Assembly: GCF_011386835.1 (NCBI RefSeq)
Contig: NC_088800.1
Span: forward strand, 24,428,001-24,492,000
Direction of reading: 5' to 3'
DNA: 64,000 bases
DNA from: Chrysemys picta bellii
Taxonomy: Eukaryota
Notes under the pieces: model-generated
What the model saw: the letters and a program-made list of their open reading frames with translations, nothing else
Told to the model about the DNA's origin: nothing
Databases searched by the model: none
Part shown: positions 37,094 through 51,634 of the stretch, one piece after another
Numbering within the stretch: position 1 is the first letter of the stretch
How the letters are laid out: every line of letters begins with the position of its first letter
Program-made: the position numbers and the translations under genes

Positions 37094-39865
37094 TTCTTTG
37101 AGTGACTGTATACATGGATTCTACTCCTCTTGGCTGTGCATGCACTCTGTGTGTGCAAGACTAGATTCTTTTGGCCTATAGTATCGGTCGGGGCTGCATC
37201 TGCAGCCTAGGGGTATGTCCACACCACTGAAAGAAGCATGCAGAGTATAGAGAACATACCTGCAAAATCCCCCTAGCACAGGCATAAATAGACTAGCATT
37301 GAAGCTGGTGAGGCACAGTTTAGGCAAGAAAAGACTTGTCTGAAGGGTGTGGGTATGTAGATGAGTACATACCCTATATGTTCTCTACTCCCCAAAGCTA
37401 TGCCTCCCTGTCTACACTGCTCTTATTAGCCTCTATTCCAACTTCAATAACTTCTAACAGTGGTAGGAAGAACCACCACTTAAAACTGAGCCAAGGCATA
37501 GGTCACCTTCTCCAGTGCCTACCTAGGTGAGGCACAAGTCATCACATGCCCAGCTTTTCTGAGTTCAATAGTCAAAGGGCAGCCAATTGCCTGAGAATAG
37601 TCTCTCTGGAGTCCTAGTACTAACTGTTAAGAGAGTGGTGGTGATACCCGCTAAACCTGTAGACTGTCTCTCTCTCAGTAATGATCATTCCATATCCAGT
37701 AACTCAGTACCCACAGCCTCTGTACAGGCAAATTTGGAACCATGCTCCCTGTGCTTTGCACATCGGTACCTAGTGTGTTGGTACCTAGGGCATCTATGGT
37801 TCTGAGTGATTTATATGAGAGCACAGTATTGGAGTCTCCAATACTTGAGGGGATGAGGGTCGTGCTAAGCCACGTCATCAATACAGCAGGTAAAGGAGGG
37901 ATCTGCGATACTGACTTCACCATCTTCACAGTTAAGAGAGCACTACAGAGCCAGAACCCTGCTGACAGGACAACCTCTCTCGGAAGAGGTGTATCTCTTT
38001 TCTTCATCCTCATTGAGGCATAATAGGGATTTCTCTCTGACATGCACCACTTCCTCTTCTGCCAAGCCTGGCAGGCTCACCAGGCCTACAAATGAGGAAC
38101 AGTTGGAACCTGCACAGATCTGTCTAAACAGCTTGCAGCAGTGAGCCTGCCAATCCAGGTCAACAGACTCAGGCTCGTGCTATTGTACTAAAGTAGCTGT
38201 GTAGACATTGTGGCTCGGGCTCTGAAGCTAGCGATGGGTTTCAGAGCTTGAACTCCAGCCCAAGCCACAGCTTCAAATCCCTGTCTATACAACTATTTGT
38301 AGCACAAGCCTGAGTCTGTTGAACTTGGCTGTGAGAATCACTGCTAGGTAGACCTACCTCAAAATATTTGTTGCACATGCCAGTATCCATTCCCGCCATG
38401 TCCAAGGGAGCTGACAGGTTTTGCAGAAAAATGCTCAGAGGATCACCTGGACCCAACTTTGTTATATCTGACAGCCTGGGTGCTGGCTGGCAACACTGAA
38501 AGAAGCTGTTCAGCTAAAGTTTAGACCATTCTGTTCCAAAGCAGGAAACCCTCAACCAGGGTAACTTATAAAGCTAAGTGGAAGAGGCTTTCTGTTTGGG
38601 CATCTCAGCACCAGTTGGTTCCCTTGACATCACCCGTGTCAGCAATATTGGACTATTGACTAGCCCTGAACAAAATTAGGCTATCAACTCCATAACAGTC
38701 CATCTAGCAACAACATCAGCACATCATCCTACTCTCCAGGGCCACACTTTATTTTCCCATGCTACAGTTGCAAGATTCTTTAAGGGCCTTCCTTGTGTTT
38801 TTCACACCAGTTTGAGAGCCCTTTCTCTCTTGGGACCTAAATATAATATTAACAGGGTAGATGGGTCCATCCTCCCCCCGCTCCTCTACCACCTATCCAT
38901 GAAAATGGCCTTTGTAGTAGCTATTGCATCACCTTGGAGAGGTAAGGGAGATATAGTCCTTGGTTCAATGTTTTAAAAGGACAAGGTCAATCTCAGGCTT
39001 CATCCTAAGTTTCTGCCCAAAATTGTTTCAACAAGCTATATGAGTCAGTTTGGTCATCTCCCATTGTTCTTCCCCAAGCCTCACTCAACCCCAGGTAAGC
39101 AAAACTTCTCACACTTGATGTGGTAAGGGCACTGTATTTTTACATTGACAGGATGAAACCATTCAAGAACATCCCTAAATTGTTAGTGGTGGTTGCAGAA
39201 AGGATTAAGGATCAAGCAATAGCCTCTCAAATATTATGCAAGTGGATTTCCAACTGTATAAGGACAAGTTACATATTCGCCAGGTAGATCCACCTAGCCA
39301 CTTTAGAGCTCTTTCCATTAGAGTTCAGGCAGCCTGTTAGAAAAATGTCCCTATTTGTGAAATCCGTAGGGCAGTTGCATGGAGCTTGATCCAGAACTTT
39401 ACAAGATACTACTCTTTAATACAGGCTTGCAGATCAGATGCCTGCTTTGTTAAGGCTGCTCTGCAGTCACTGTTTAAGTAGGACCCCTACTGCCTGCCTC
39501 CAACAACTGCTTGTTAGGTACCAAGAATGGAATCCATGTGGAGAATCACTCAAAGAAAGAAGTTACTTACCTTACAGTAACTGTGTTTCTTCAGGATGTG
39601 TTGTCCAAATAGATTCCATGGCCCATCCTTCTTTCCTGTCCTACTCCTCTGGGATTCTGTAGTGGCAAAGGGACTGAAGGATGGTTGGTCCTGCTCTGCC
39701 CTTTATGCCCTCAGCTGTGGGGACATGACAATATCTGGGATACTGGCGTGGCTTCAACAGACACTGTTGGCCAGGGCAATCTGATGTGACACACCCCAGG
39801 GTGACTCCATGTGGACCACACATCTCAAAGAACCACAGTTGCTCTCCGGTAAGTAACTGTTCTTT
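37094..39865 (+). mobile_element. DIRS tyrosine-recombinase retrotransposon, internally deleted and decayed
   Basis: Left terminus ttctttgagtgactgtatacatggattc; YR remnant ~38440-39481 (YKAKWKR...LHPKFLPK...LHTLDVVRAL...FTRYY...QSLFK*); ICR 39528-39618 complementary to both termini; right terminus 39802-39865. Confidence 0.88.
38130..38360. mobile_element. Harbinger-like palindromic MITE nested in the DIRS element
   Basis: Internal palindrome caacagactcaggctcgtgcta...gtgtagaca / tgtctataca...tagcacaagcctgagtctgttg; ends gtagacctacc. Boundaries approximate. Confidence 0.6.
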
Positions 39866-41012
39866 TATCTTTGCTCCCTCATAGTACCAAAGGCAGGGAA
39901 CCCGCTGAAGTGTGGCTGCTCATACATGTAAGGGCACAGTGGGAATGAGAAGGGGGAATTTGGGAAGCAGTCAGATAGAACAGAAGCAGTACATGGAGAG
40001 AAGGACATTTGGGGCAATGGAGAGAGACAGACAAAGAAGGAGGGCAGTAATGAAGGAAAGCACCTAGACACATTAAAAAGGGTTAAATTTTCCAGCGGTC
40101 CCCCATTTTGAGGATCTGTGTTACACATTGTAGCATGGGGATGTTGATGTATGCTGCAAACTTGAAGGAGAATTATGTGAGTGAGGATGGGAAACTTACA
40201 ATTAAAGTGGTAACAAAATAGAGGAGAAGATGTTTTCGTCTCCTTCCCCAGTCCAATCTCATTTATTTCCCTTTAAAAGAAATAGCCAAACCAGGGGCAA
40301 ATACCCTGACGCTGAAATTATGTATTTGGAGGCCTGGGCATGTGCTATAGTAGAGTCAAGTGCAATAAGCCTTGCGTCTTCTCCTCTCACTAGCAAGAGT
40401 CAGCATGGACAGCACTTAACCCTCCTATCTCAACAACATAATTCTCATTCCAGCAGAGCAATTCCCATTTGCTGTATCACCTCTTTCGCCTACTAGTCTT
40501 TACTGAATGTGACTGAATTGCAGGAAGCACACCAATCACCCACTAAGGTCATTTTCTTCTATAGCTTTTGCTTCGTTTAGGTGTGCTCGTTAATTAGCCT
40601 GTCCTGCATGTGTCTCTGTCAGCTTCAGCTGCTGATAAGATTCATTCTAGCATGAAGAGCAGAAGAGTCACAGGCCCTAGAGATTGGTTGTGATCTTGCA
40701 TTGTTTTAGGGCAGCAATAAATAACGACAGTGGACCTGGCTTTCAGTGATTCTGAGCAATCATGCTCCAAATGAAGTCAGTGGGATGTCATCGCCTCTGA
40801 AAATCAGGCCCCAGGTCAGTTTTGGCTACAGATGCAGTAGCACCATGCCACCCACCGAGCAACTGAGAGTTTTCTTAGTTTTCTGCCTGATCCAGCTCTC
40901 CTTCAAGTCAACAGAAATGTTGCTATTCACTTCAGAGGAATTAGGGTCAGATCCTTAGATTGCAGGCTCTTCTTTCCAGGGCTTTAGGGGGAATTCACCC
41001 CTGTGCTTTGGC

Positions 41013-41275
41013 CAGGGGTGACTCCAGGCACCAACTCAGCAAGCGCATGCCTGGGGCGGCAAGCCGCGGAGGGCAGCGTGCCGGTCGCCATGAAAGCTGC
41101 AGTAAGGCTGCAGTCAGGCAGCCTTCAGCAGCATACCTGCGGGAGGTCTGCCAGTCCCGCAGCTTCGGCGGCAATTTGGTAGCGGGCACACCGAAGGCGT
41201 GGGACCGGCAGAAACGCCGCCGAAGGCCGCCCGGCTGCCGTGCTTGGGGCAGCAAAAAACAATGAGCCGTCCCTG
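41013..41275. mobile_element. hAT MITE
   Basis: TIRs caggggtgactc / gagccgtccctg; perfect 8-bp TSD gctttggc. Confidence 0.92.
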
Positions 41276-44200
41276 GCTTTGGCCACAAAGATACACCGAG
41301 AAAAATAGCTGAAAGCAGACTGCAAGCCACATCCTTGATGTAGGGAGTCTCTTTGACAGACTCATAGTCCCCAGAATAGGTGATATACCATGTGTGGGTG
41401 GGGGGGGGGTGCTCCCAAAGGGGGCCGGGGTGGTGAAGGGCGTCATGTTGGGAACAGGGAGGAGGAATAGCCAGTTATTCCTATGCTCCAGCTATTCCTC
41501 AGCTGCTGACAGGACCATAGCTACCATGGCAGCCGGGTGCTGGGCTGCCCTAGCCAACTCCAGGAGTAAGCTGGACCCTAGCAGCTTCAGGATCAGGAAG
41601 CTACAAACTGCATTTCCTTGTTCCTTGGACCGGCATGAGGTGTCTTCTGTGGAATGTAAGATCAAGAGAGTAGACTGTGACCTTTATTCCCCATCTCCTT
41701 GAGATGCTTTGGCTCCACTTCTCAAGTCATATTTGCTACAATGCTAGTCTACTTAGTCACCTATTTGTCTTGCAGTTTTTTGTGAAAAAAGAAAAATGTC
41801 ATCTAATAACACTTAGAAAGGCAATAGAAGAAATTTTATATTTTCAAATGATTTTCCTTATATTAATTTTCTAAAACCCAGCAATATAAGACTATTATTG
41901 CAGATCTGCTGCTGCTGAAAATATGCCACTAAGCTCCCTCATTAACAGCAATTTAAATGTTACATACTTAGAATTTCAACTATGTTGATACAGTAAGGAA
42001 ACTGCATTTAGATTTTTTAAATTGTTTTGACACCAAGCTAATTTTATTGCAAAATTGAAGCCAAAGTGCTTGATGTTAATAATCCAGTGCCTTTTAACCG
42101 TGCTGTGGAAAAATGTAAGCATTTCTAAAGCCTGTAGTTTCATTCTAAAAAATAACTGAGATATTTGCATTTTAATTTGTTTTATCTTACAATACAATCT
42201 ATTCTTATATGGTGTCATTTGTGAAATGCATCCTAAGGCACTCTTCTAGCCTATATCATTCCCCCCTGTGCTTTGGCCACTTGATGCACTAGGCAAAATG
42301 GCTGAAAATGGCTCCCAAAAGCAAAACACAAATTTCCTTTTATGGCTGACCATAAAAAACCTAGGACTAAGCTTGCAAAGCTTAATTTGTGTGATTAATC
42401 CATACTCATAGAAACAGTCCACTGCACTGAGAGATCCAGATATAAGGAAGTGCCACAGTTAAAGGGCTGAAATCCACACCTTGGGCCAGATCCTAGTTCT
42501 TTCTATGTCCTCCTTACTCCAGCTGCAAAAAGGAGATCATAAAATTGGCCTAAATCATGTGTCGCTTGCAAGAGGAAGGAGAGTGGCTAGAGCACTGCTG
42601 CTTTCTGGCAATCCACAGCTGTCAGAATGGGCATTTTGAGGAACATTGCCAGCTGCTGCAAGTTAGAGCAGCACTGAGGGTGCTCTAACTTTCACAGGCA
42701 GCTTAACCAGCCCAAAGCTGGTTTTAGGAACTGGGGAGCTGAAAGGCAAAGTAAAGCCACCTTTGTCCTCCTTGCCCCCTCTCAGATTCACACAATGTAC
42801 TGCTAAGCCAGAGTCAAGGACTGAGGCTCTTGAATGTGGCACTGACCCTTCAACTTCATACTTACAAGCAGTCCCATAAGTGTTTGCAGGCTCAAGTCCT
42901 AATTCTCTTATGTTAGTATATCTCCAGTGACGTATATGGAATTGTATCAATGATCTCTAAATGAGAGGAGCTGGATCGGTATGTCTAGTAGTAACCAGAA
43001 CTTGTCTTGTCTGATAATCTCTTTCCTCCTATAAAAAATGTAATAACCAGATTTTATAGTTCTATAATTTGATTAATGCTTTATGCCATCCAAAAGATAT
43101 GACTGTAGAATATCTTTTTAGATTTTTTTTACTTAACATAGGATAGTATATTTATGAAAATTTATTATCAACTCCTGCTGAGCAAAGCTAGATGTACCTA
43201 AAGTTTACAATAGCATGTGCTTTAAACATCTAGGATGGAGTTAATCTGTGTCAGAAAATAAAAACAATATGACAGCAGAGAATAAATATTAGATAAAATA
43301 TTATGACTGAATTGTAGGTTAAAAGTAATTCTGCTAAACAGTTGCCCATGGAGAATTGCAGCAAATTTTGCAATTTACAATCTATGAAGTGCTAAGAACA
43401 ATTTAAATGTATTCCATTCCAAAAACCAAACTCTTAGCTCTTTGGATTCCTATTTCTAAAATCGTTGTCCATGTATTGTTAAATGAATAGCCATTTTAGA
43501 GTGAAAGTAACATTTTCATTATAATAAAAGTATAATGATTTCTAAGTCTTGAACTCCTTATTGCAATTTCTTCCTTTTTAACATTGGTGAATGAATATAT
43601 TGCTCTTGAAAATGAAGAACTAAAGGAACTGATTTAAACCAAGCTCCCTGGTATGGATCTTCAACATCATGGGCATTTCTTGAGCAGGCACCACCATTTA
43701 TATTAAATGTTTAAGTGCCAAATTGTGGCCTGGCTTTTTTGACATTCCCTTAATCCCCTGCCTGTGTTACCTACATTGTGGGTAACAGTGTGGAAAGGGA
43801 AGCAGGCCCTTCAGAGCCACTATGAACCCCCTTCTGTGCGGGTGGGCTGAACATGGTGGCAATGGGACAGAGCCTTCACACTACCCCCAATGCACTGGCC
43901 AGAATAACTGTGCCAAAGAACTGCACTGAACCTACTTCCAGTACAATTTACTCCCTCCTTGGGGAGCCAGGAGAGAGAGTATGATTGAGTCACAATCTCT
44001 AGCCCAGGCTGCTCCAGGGAGTGCAGTAACGCCTAGCCCTTTCTCAGGGCTGGTCATATAGTCTCAATCTAACCTAGAGTGGGTCTTTTGTTGTGAAAAA
44101 ATGGGATGCAGAATGAGATAATAAATGTCATTTTCATTTGTGACCCTAAGGCTAGAGGTTAATTAGAAGTGAGCAAAGAAACTGAAACAAAATTCAAAAA

Positions 44201-47200
44201 CTTCGAAAATGGAGGTTTTCAGATTTTTTTTAATTGCTCAATTTCTCTCACAAAAGTGAAATTTTATTGTTAGCCCATTTTCTCTCAAAAATCTGCCTAT
44301 TTCCAACTGCATATGCAAAATTTAAAAGAAAAAAATCAGTTTTTTTCAGATCAATGTTACTTCCCATCAAAATCATGAGAAATTTCTGTTACTGATGTGA
44401 AACTAGCAATTTGACAGAATAATTGTGCAACAGCTTGAAACAAAACTATGAAAAGGTTCATATGTAAAAATAGTAGGATTTGTTTGTACAGCTCTACCTT
44501 GAATCAAGGTCTCTAGAAACGAAAGGCGAGTGCAGTAACTCATTCTGGCTACCTGCTGTCAATCATATTGTAGTATCCCAGGTAATTAAACCAAAGAATG
44601 ACATTGGGGAAAATTCTGCTCCTTGAGCAAATGTAGGCTCTCTCCAATGTCGGGGAGAACCAAAAATGCACCTCCAAGGATAGATTTTTTTTTTAATTAT
44701 TTTTAATTATTGCATTTGTTTTGAAAGATGATGATGGCTCTGTACTGTTGGAATATTGAAAGGTTTTTTTTATTAAGATGAACAGCCACTTATTTTTAAT
44801 GGCCTGGAACATATGCAAAACATGCATTCATGTTCCCATTTTTTATATTTTATAATTGCACTCTTTTTTTCTGTCTTGGTATATAAGAAAACTCCATTAG
44901 TTATGATATAGAGCACTGGAGCCCTTGTCAGTTCAGCAACTGATAAACTCAGAATATTCCTATCTAGAAAAAACTGTCTAGCAAAAATTCCTTGCACTAG
45001 CAAAATGTTTGTTCAGTAGAACAATAGATGGAGAAAGACAAACTGATGTATGCAGTGCTTGTGCCTAATGTATTGCTGATATTGTTCAAAGACCTGCTGC
45101 ACTTTATTTTTTAACACACATTTATTTTTATTTTTATTTTTTGAAGAGTGAGGACAAATCTTTAAGAAGTTTGTCTTTGTGTAAATACCATTGCCATAAT
45201 ATTGTTAAGGTTAGTGCCAGACTTTAATACCTACAGCATTAAAATCAAAGTCCATAAGGCAACCTGCTAAGGAACTACTGGTAGTTATATTTGCACATTG
45301 ACATTTTTAGAACACGTTCCAGGATTAGTTTCATGAATTACTTTAGTTGGTGCATGTGTTCCATTTCCTCCTTTTTCACTGCTTAAACCCATTTTCATTC
45401 TTTTGGACTCCTAATACCAAGTAACTACCATACTGCTGAGTAAACAGAGTTGGAGTTTTTTAACCTACTTGTATGAGTATTACATTTCTCAGATAGTCAT
45501 ATTATAAATATCGCATACAAAATACTTGAGCTCAGGCCTTAGGAAGGTTATGATCAATATGTTGATGACCAGTTTAATTCAGGTTTTCAAGCGTTAGACC
45601 AGATTTTTAAAGATATTTAGGCATTGATCCACTCAGCATTCCAACCCCTATGTCTCATTTTAAAAAGGGACTTGGGTATGAAGGAACCTAAATCCCATTG
45701 ATTTTAAATTGGCATAATTCTTTAGCTTCACTTTTATTATAAAGGGGATTTAAAAATGAAAAATAAATCTCTAATTGATTAAACATTAGAATGTATTTAC
45801 CGAATAAGCTGTCATCATTTTAAACTATTTTGTGATTCAGAATGATTGAAACCAACTGACAAAAGCAAAGAACCCAATTCTCGAACCTTTACTCAACTCT
45901 GGGTAGCACTGACTCACAAGGATAGTCCAATTGAAGTCAATGTTACTATTGATATGAATAACTGCTACTCAAAATGAAAATTGAATACTCAGGGTCTTAG
46001 TAGTAAATATTGCTTTTGGCTGAGAGAAACACATTTAGCACACAATTTCTGATTTTCAATACTCATGGTTTTATTTTGCACCATTTAAACTCTCAAAGAT
46101 CATGAGCAGCATAAAAAAGGACACCATTAGTGCAAAGTTAATATCTCACAATTTAACTGAATAGAACAAACTGGGGGAGTGTTAGATTTTACAGTAAAAC
46201 TTGTAAAATTGTACACAGTAGCTGTGAAATTGCTGTATGACATGAGAGCTTGACTAAAAGTAACCAAGAAACAGACTAGAAGGATCTTTGGTGTTTTCCA
46301 TTAACTGCAAAGTTTGTATGGAAATAATATTAGATCAGCAGTGGAATTTTAAGTATAATAAATTGGATGTTTCATCTAATTATTGAAAAAAGATTGTGTT
46401 GATTATCCCTATATATGCTGATTAATGCCTGTTGAAATTTTAAACACTAATCTCAAAATGCACTTGGTGAATCGATCAGTGGTGTTTTCTATTAACCTTG
46501 AAGGTTACTTGAAAATGCTGATGAAAATCATCCCAGGTCAACATTGCAATTTCATACAAAGCAATTGGGCCAGGTAATTAGAACACCCGAATAATAAATG
46601 AGTATCTGGATGATGATTTGCTCATATTTGTGTTTTAACCTTAAAAGGTTGCTGAAATACTCTGGCATTAATGAAAATAAACTTTGACTAGCAACATGAT
46701 CATGAGCCAGATAGCAAGGAAGTGCTGATTTTTAAACCCAGGCCATGTCATTCACTGCTTTCTCTGATTCTCTTTCTCTATCTGTAAAATGAGACTAACA
46801 GGACTTAATGGTCTGCCTCACAGAGATGTTGGTAAATGTTTGCAAAGCTATCAACATAAAAAGCATGATATAATCACTAAGCATTAATGTACACCATTTG
46901 TTAATGCACTTCAGCTCAAGGATCTCTATGCCACTTAAATCCTGCATAGAGAGTGCATTGGAGTGGTGGAGAAACCCTGGAGCCCTGGGAAAGGGTCTTT
47001 ACCCCAACTTTCCACAGTCAAATATGGAAGGTCACAATGGGGCCAGGCAAGGGAAGGGACCCCAGAATCACTTGAATCTGAGCAGAGGTCGGTGAAATTT
47101 TTCAGACCATTAGTATATAAATCAAAAATGCAGTTTTGGGATGACTATTAACGAATTGGACACATACACTGAATCGTGTCAGCCAAAAAAAAAAATTAAA

Positions 47201-47995
47201 AATTGGGGTCTAGATTCACAAGGGCACTTGTAAATATCTAGCCCTTCATTTATTTTACTTTTATTAAGAGTTGAAAATGCACAAAATCTAAACAAAATTT
47301 TTCTGACTTTTTTGCTTCACCAAAAATCTTGAAAAATGTCAGTTTTGGTTTGACCAAATTCAGTTTTTTTTATTTGAACTGCAGCGACCTGAAAAATCAG
47401 TTATTCACTCAGGTCTAAACAGGAGTCCCATAGCATCTGCTCCAGGGGGCTGCACCAACTGTCCAGCCCCACAACCTGGCTCATGGTTGGGAGTGAGGGA
47501 TGGATTTATCCCCACAACCAGTGCACACTAACCCTGCACGGTGCCTGAATCCTCTGTGTTCTTAGCTATTAAGAAGTCCACAACATATTTTAAAATAACA
47601 AAAACTAAATAGAAGGTTAGGTATTTTTGAAGACTTTTGTGGCTGCACAAATTAATGACTTGTTTATTTCTCGGAAGTCGTGATTTTAAAACAAAACTAT
47701 AAGGTTACTTGTCTTGAATGAGTTGCTATAGGGAGTTAGAAAATTGCAGTATAATAATTTTTTCCAGCCAATTGCATTTCAATTACAAGGGTCAGTTGAT
47801 TATGTCTCTCATGTTATATTCTTTTAGAAAAAGACCTAAAATGTTTTAAACTAAAATAAGGACAAGACATATGGTTGGAGCATTTACTGGTGGTTGGAGC
47901 ATTTGGGAATACACTGGAATCTATTCTGACTCCATTTGTGATGATCTTGCTCTGAGATCAATGGGATACAAGTCATTGATTCAAGCTCAAATGTC

Positions 47996-48248
47996 TGTAG
48001 CACTGACTAATGTCCTTCCTGACTGATTAAGGCTAGTGGGGAAGAGCTGTGTCTGGAGGTGCATGGGTGTGGTGTTCTGTCCCATCTAGTGGCACCGAGA
48101 CCACTTAGAGAGATTAATGAATTTGCTCTACATGCCTTAGCTAATAGCCAGTTGGCTTTTAGCTCATGCGGTAGAGGCTCATGCACTAAGCTCCAGAAGT
48201 CTCAGGTTCGATCCTGCCCCCCGATGACCAGAGTCTGTCCCTGTTACA
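47996..48248 (+). mobile_element. Short LTR-like element with an internal tRNA-like A/B-box module
   Basis: A box tagctcatgcgg 48160-48171, B box ggttcgatcc 48205-48214, ends ...gttaca at 48248; left boundary uncertain. Confidence 0.55.
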
Positions 48249-49836
48249 CATGTAACACATATGTAAAAGAGATCCAGAATCAGAGATCAGATATACTTAA
48301 ATCTGACTCCTGATCCTGGATTCCTGACTCTTGATGCCTGAGACTTGTAATGTGGAGGTAGCAAAAGATGGTAATGGGAACAGTCTCTTCATCCAAGTGT
48401 CTACCTTGTTGGAGCTGCAGGTTTCTATCTTCTCTTATTCCCTGATGTGTTCATGAAGCAGATAGTGATTGGTGCAGGTTTAAACTGGTGTATCACCAAC
48501 CATGCCTCTTACTGCCTCACCACTGAGGTCTTCCTCACGGCAGTTTGGCAGGCATTTTTGCTTTAATTATTAATAATAATTTGTGTAGTGTTCACAAAGA
48601 ATTTACTAAGGGCCAATTCCTGAGGTTTGAGTTTTCCTGGATAAAAACTGGGTAACACCAGTGCCAAACCAAGTATTCAGTAATCATGCCTCAGGCCCAC
48701 AAAAATCATGAGATTAGCTTAAAAATAATGAAAATTTAAAAATACTCAATTTTTGAGCCCTTTGGGTTCGTGTTTTTGAGCTTTTCAAGGGCTATAAAGT
48801 TAGCTTTTCTTAATGAAAGCTAAGATTGTCATGTAATCACATCACTCCAGAAGTTGGGGCTCCAAGAAAAACACCTTGTGTTGAGAGACTGGCAATCAAC
48901 TCAAAAGAGTTTTTGGCAACATGACGGCACCCTTGTAAGCACCTCCCTGAAGGGTACTTGCTTTCTCCTCCACTCTTCTCTGTCCCCCCTGGATCCTTCA
49001 ATCACAGGTACTCTATCCTCCTCCTGAACCCCTCCTATAGTCTCCTAATTGCCCACCATGCCACAGGCTCCCTGTGTCTCAGCCTCTGAACACACTATGC
49101 CAGGGGTTCTTTTGTGTCCCCAGTGAGGGAGCCTCTCCTCCATCACAGAGAGTACTTATTTTCCTTCCCCGCAGAAGGAAGTGGGACAGCTATGTGTCTT
49201 CTCTCTTTCTCTTCCTCCTCCACCAAACATGATGCAGGATATGACGGGGCAGCTTGTTGGGAGGAAAGAAGAAAAGGAAGCTCTCCTCTAGGCTCTTCTC
49301 GTTCCCCTTGCTGACTGAGCATGGAGGTGTTGAGTGGAGTTTTTATTTCTGAGAGCTGTTCTCACACAGCAGAGGGGTTGAGGGCTGGCTGCCCGCTGCA
49401 GCTGACAGGAGCACTTTTGGCTTTGGTGCTGAGGACCTCTCCACACCAGTCTGAGAGTTAGGAAGGAAGCGGGAGGCAAGAGAGTCCTATTTTCCTCTCT
49501 TAGCATCCCCCCTGAAATTATACCTCTGCCTGGAAAAAGTAGCTTTTAAGACAGGGAGAGATGGTGCTTGGCTGACATGAAGAGACAAACTGTTCCAAGA
49601 GATCATAGGAATCTGTGTTATTGAAGGCCAGGTTATGATGCCAGGAATGGTATCGTGGACCCGGACAGAGTCATTTTTGTCTCTCCAGCAGGGGGTTTGA
49701 GCAGCTGCAGCTGTTGGGACCGATCAGGACATGACAGTCAGTCACAAGCAGATGGAGGGAGCAGTTCAGAAAAGGGATTGGGAGCACCACAGGTGGTGAA
49801 TAGGAGAGTTGGAAGATATAAAAGCAGTGATGTAGG

Positions 49837-50270
49837 CAGGGCCGGCTCAAGCAAAAAAAAAAAAAAAAAAGGTGCGGCCAGAATGGCAAAGCAAAAAAAA
49901 AAAAAATACAACCTGCGGCATGGCCGGAGCACGGGTGCAGGGAGACCGGCTGGGGATGGAGGGGGGGCGGGAGGGAGCAGGCGGGAGAGAGAGAGAAGGG
50001 GATGGCCAGGTCTACAGCAGGGGCGCTGCCACGTGGCCTCCTGCCGCCTGCCACGAGGGCTCCACTCCGGTCGGCGGGGAAGGAAGGAAAAGGACTGCCC
50101 TGCAGGTCGCTCTGGTTCTCCGCGCCGCCGCCCCCTACAGGGCAGCCGGAGTGGAACAAGAACAACAAAAAAAGGGGGCCGTGCCGCCCTAGGCTTGGGC
50201 AGAATGCCGCCTCAAACAATCTGCTGCCCCAAGCACCAGCTTGCTCAGCTGGTGCCTGGAGCCGGCCCTG
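49837..50270. mobile_element. Young hAT MITE
   Basis: Perfect 12-bp TIR cagggccggctc / gagccggccctg; perfect 8-bp TSD gatgtagg; CpG-rich. Confidence 0.95.
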
Positions 50271-51406
50271 GATGTAGGCTGGGTGAAATTAAGTAGGGAG
50301 TTGTGGAAATGTAGCAGGATTTAATGTGTTTTATAGACAAGAATCCAGTGACAGGATTGAAGTGAGGGAGGAGATATGGACAAACAGTGTAAGTGGAAGA
50401 TGACATTAGCAATGGCATGAATTAGGATATTTGGCTTAAGTTCACCTATACAAAATTAAGCATTCAGTGCTTGTATTACATTCTTTTTTCTGTACAATCT
50501 ACAGTATTTTGTATTTTCAAAGTCTTTTTCTTTTTTTCATTCAAATGAAACAGAAAAAGTGTGTACCAACAATAACATCAACTTTGTTTTAAATTCAGAA
50601 GTGTTGAAATTGAACTCCTCATCATTTTTACCTTGTGTATTAATACTTCTTTATGACTTATACTATGTTTTTTAAATGTTCTGTGACCTTACAGCTGACA
50701 TTGTGTTCTCATTAGTTTATCAATAGTCAGAATTTCATCTAATTATATGTAGTTGTCCTATGTAACAGACTGATTAGCACTCAATATTGATTCTAGAAGA
50801 ACACCATTTATTCTGGTTTTGCACTCTCACCTGAGTGGAAGTCAGATATTCACTATTTTATTGCCTGGTGTACGACCAGTATTGATGCTCTTTGGTTTCT
50901 TTTGAGTGTAAAGCAAGATGGAAAGATTTCTAGTGTCCAGGACTTTTGGAAGTCCCACTTCTCGGTAATAAAATAGCCTAAAAAATAAGCCTTAGTAATA
51001 CTTTAGAAAAATTTCATTCTCTTTATACCTACCACCCAAACTCTTTGAACCTGAAACTAACCTGGGTGGTGTAGACCCATTGTAGCCTTCTGTGATAACA
51101 CATTTTATATTTGATAAACATTTTTCTTTTAATACAGTCAAATATAATACTATATATAAAATCACATTTTATTTTAGAATTGATACAACAAGTTAACATT
51201 TCTAGCTGTATTCAGTTTTGAATCACCAGTGTACAACCCATAGCAGCAGTATAGATCAGAGCTAGATTCTGATCTCATGTATGCCAGTGTAAGTCCCAAG
51301 AGCCGCCATTGGAGTTGATGATGTTACTTGGAATTTACACCAGTGGAAATGAAAGCAGAAGCTGGCCATAGAACGCTTGGAATGTATCTGTATAGCATAC
51401 TTCTAA

Positions 51407-51634
<228 letters not shown>

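Noticed and set aside
49655-50296. 213-aa ORF (and overlapping 182-aa minus ORF)
   Set aside because: Low-complexity translation across a GC-rich hAT MITE with poly-A runs; no protein motif and no splice context.
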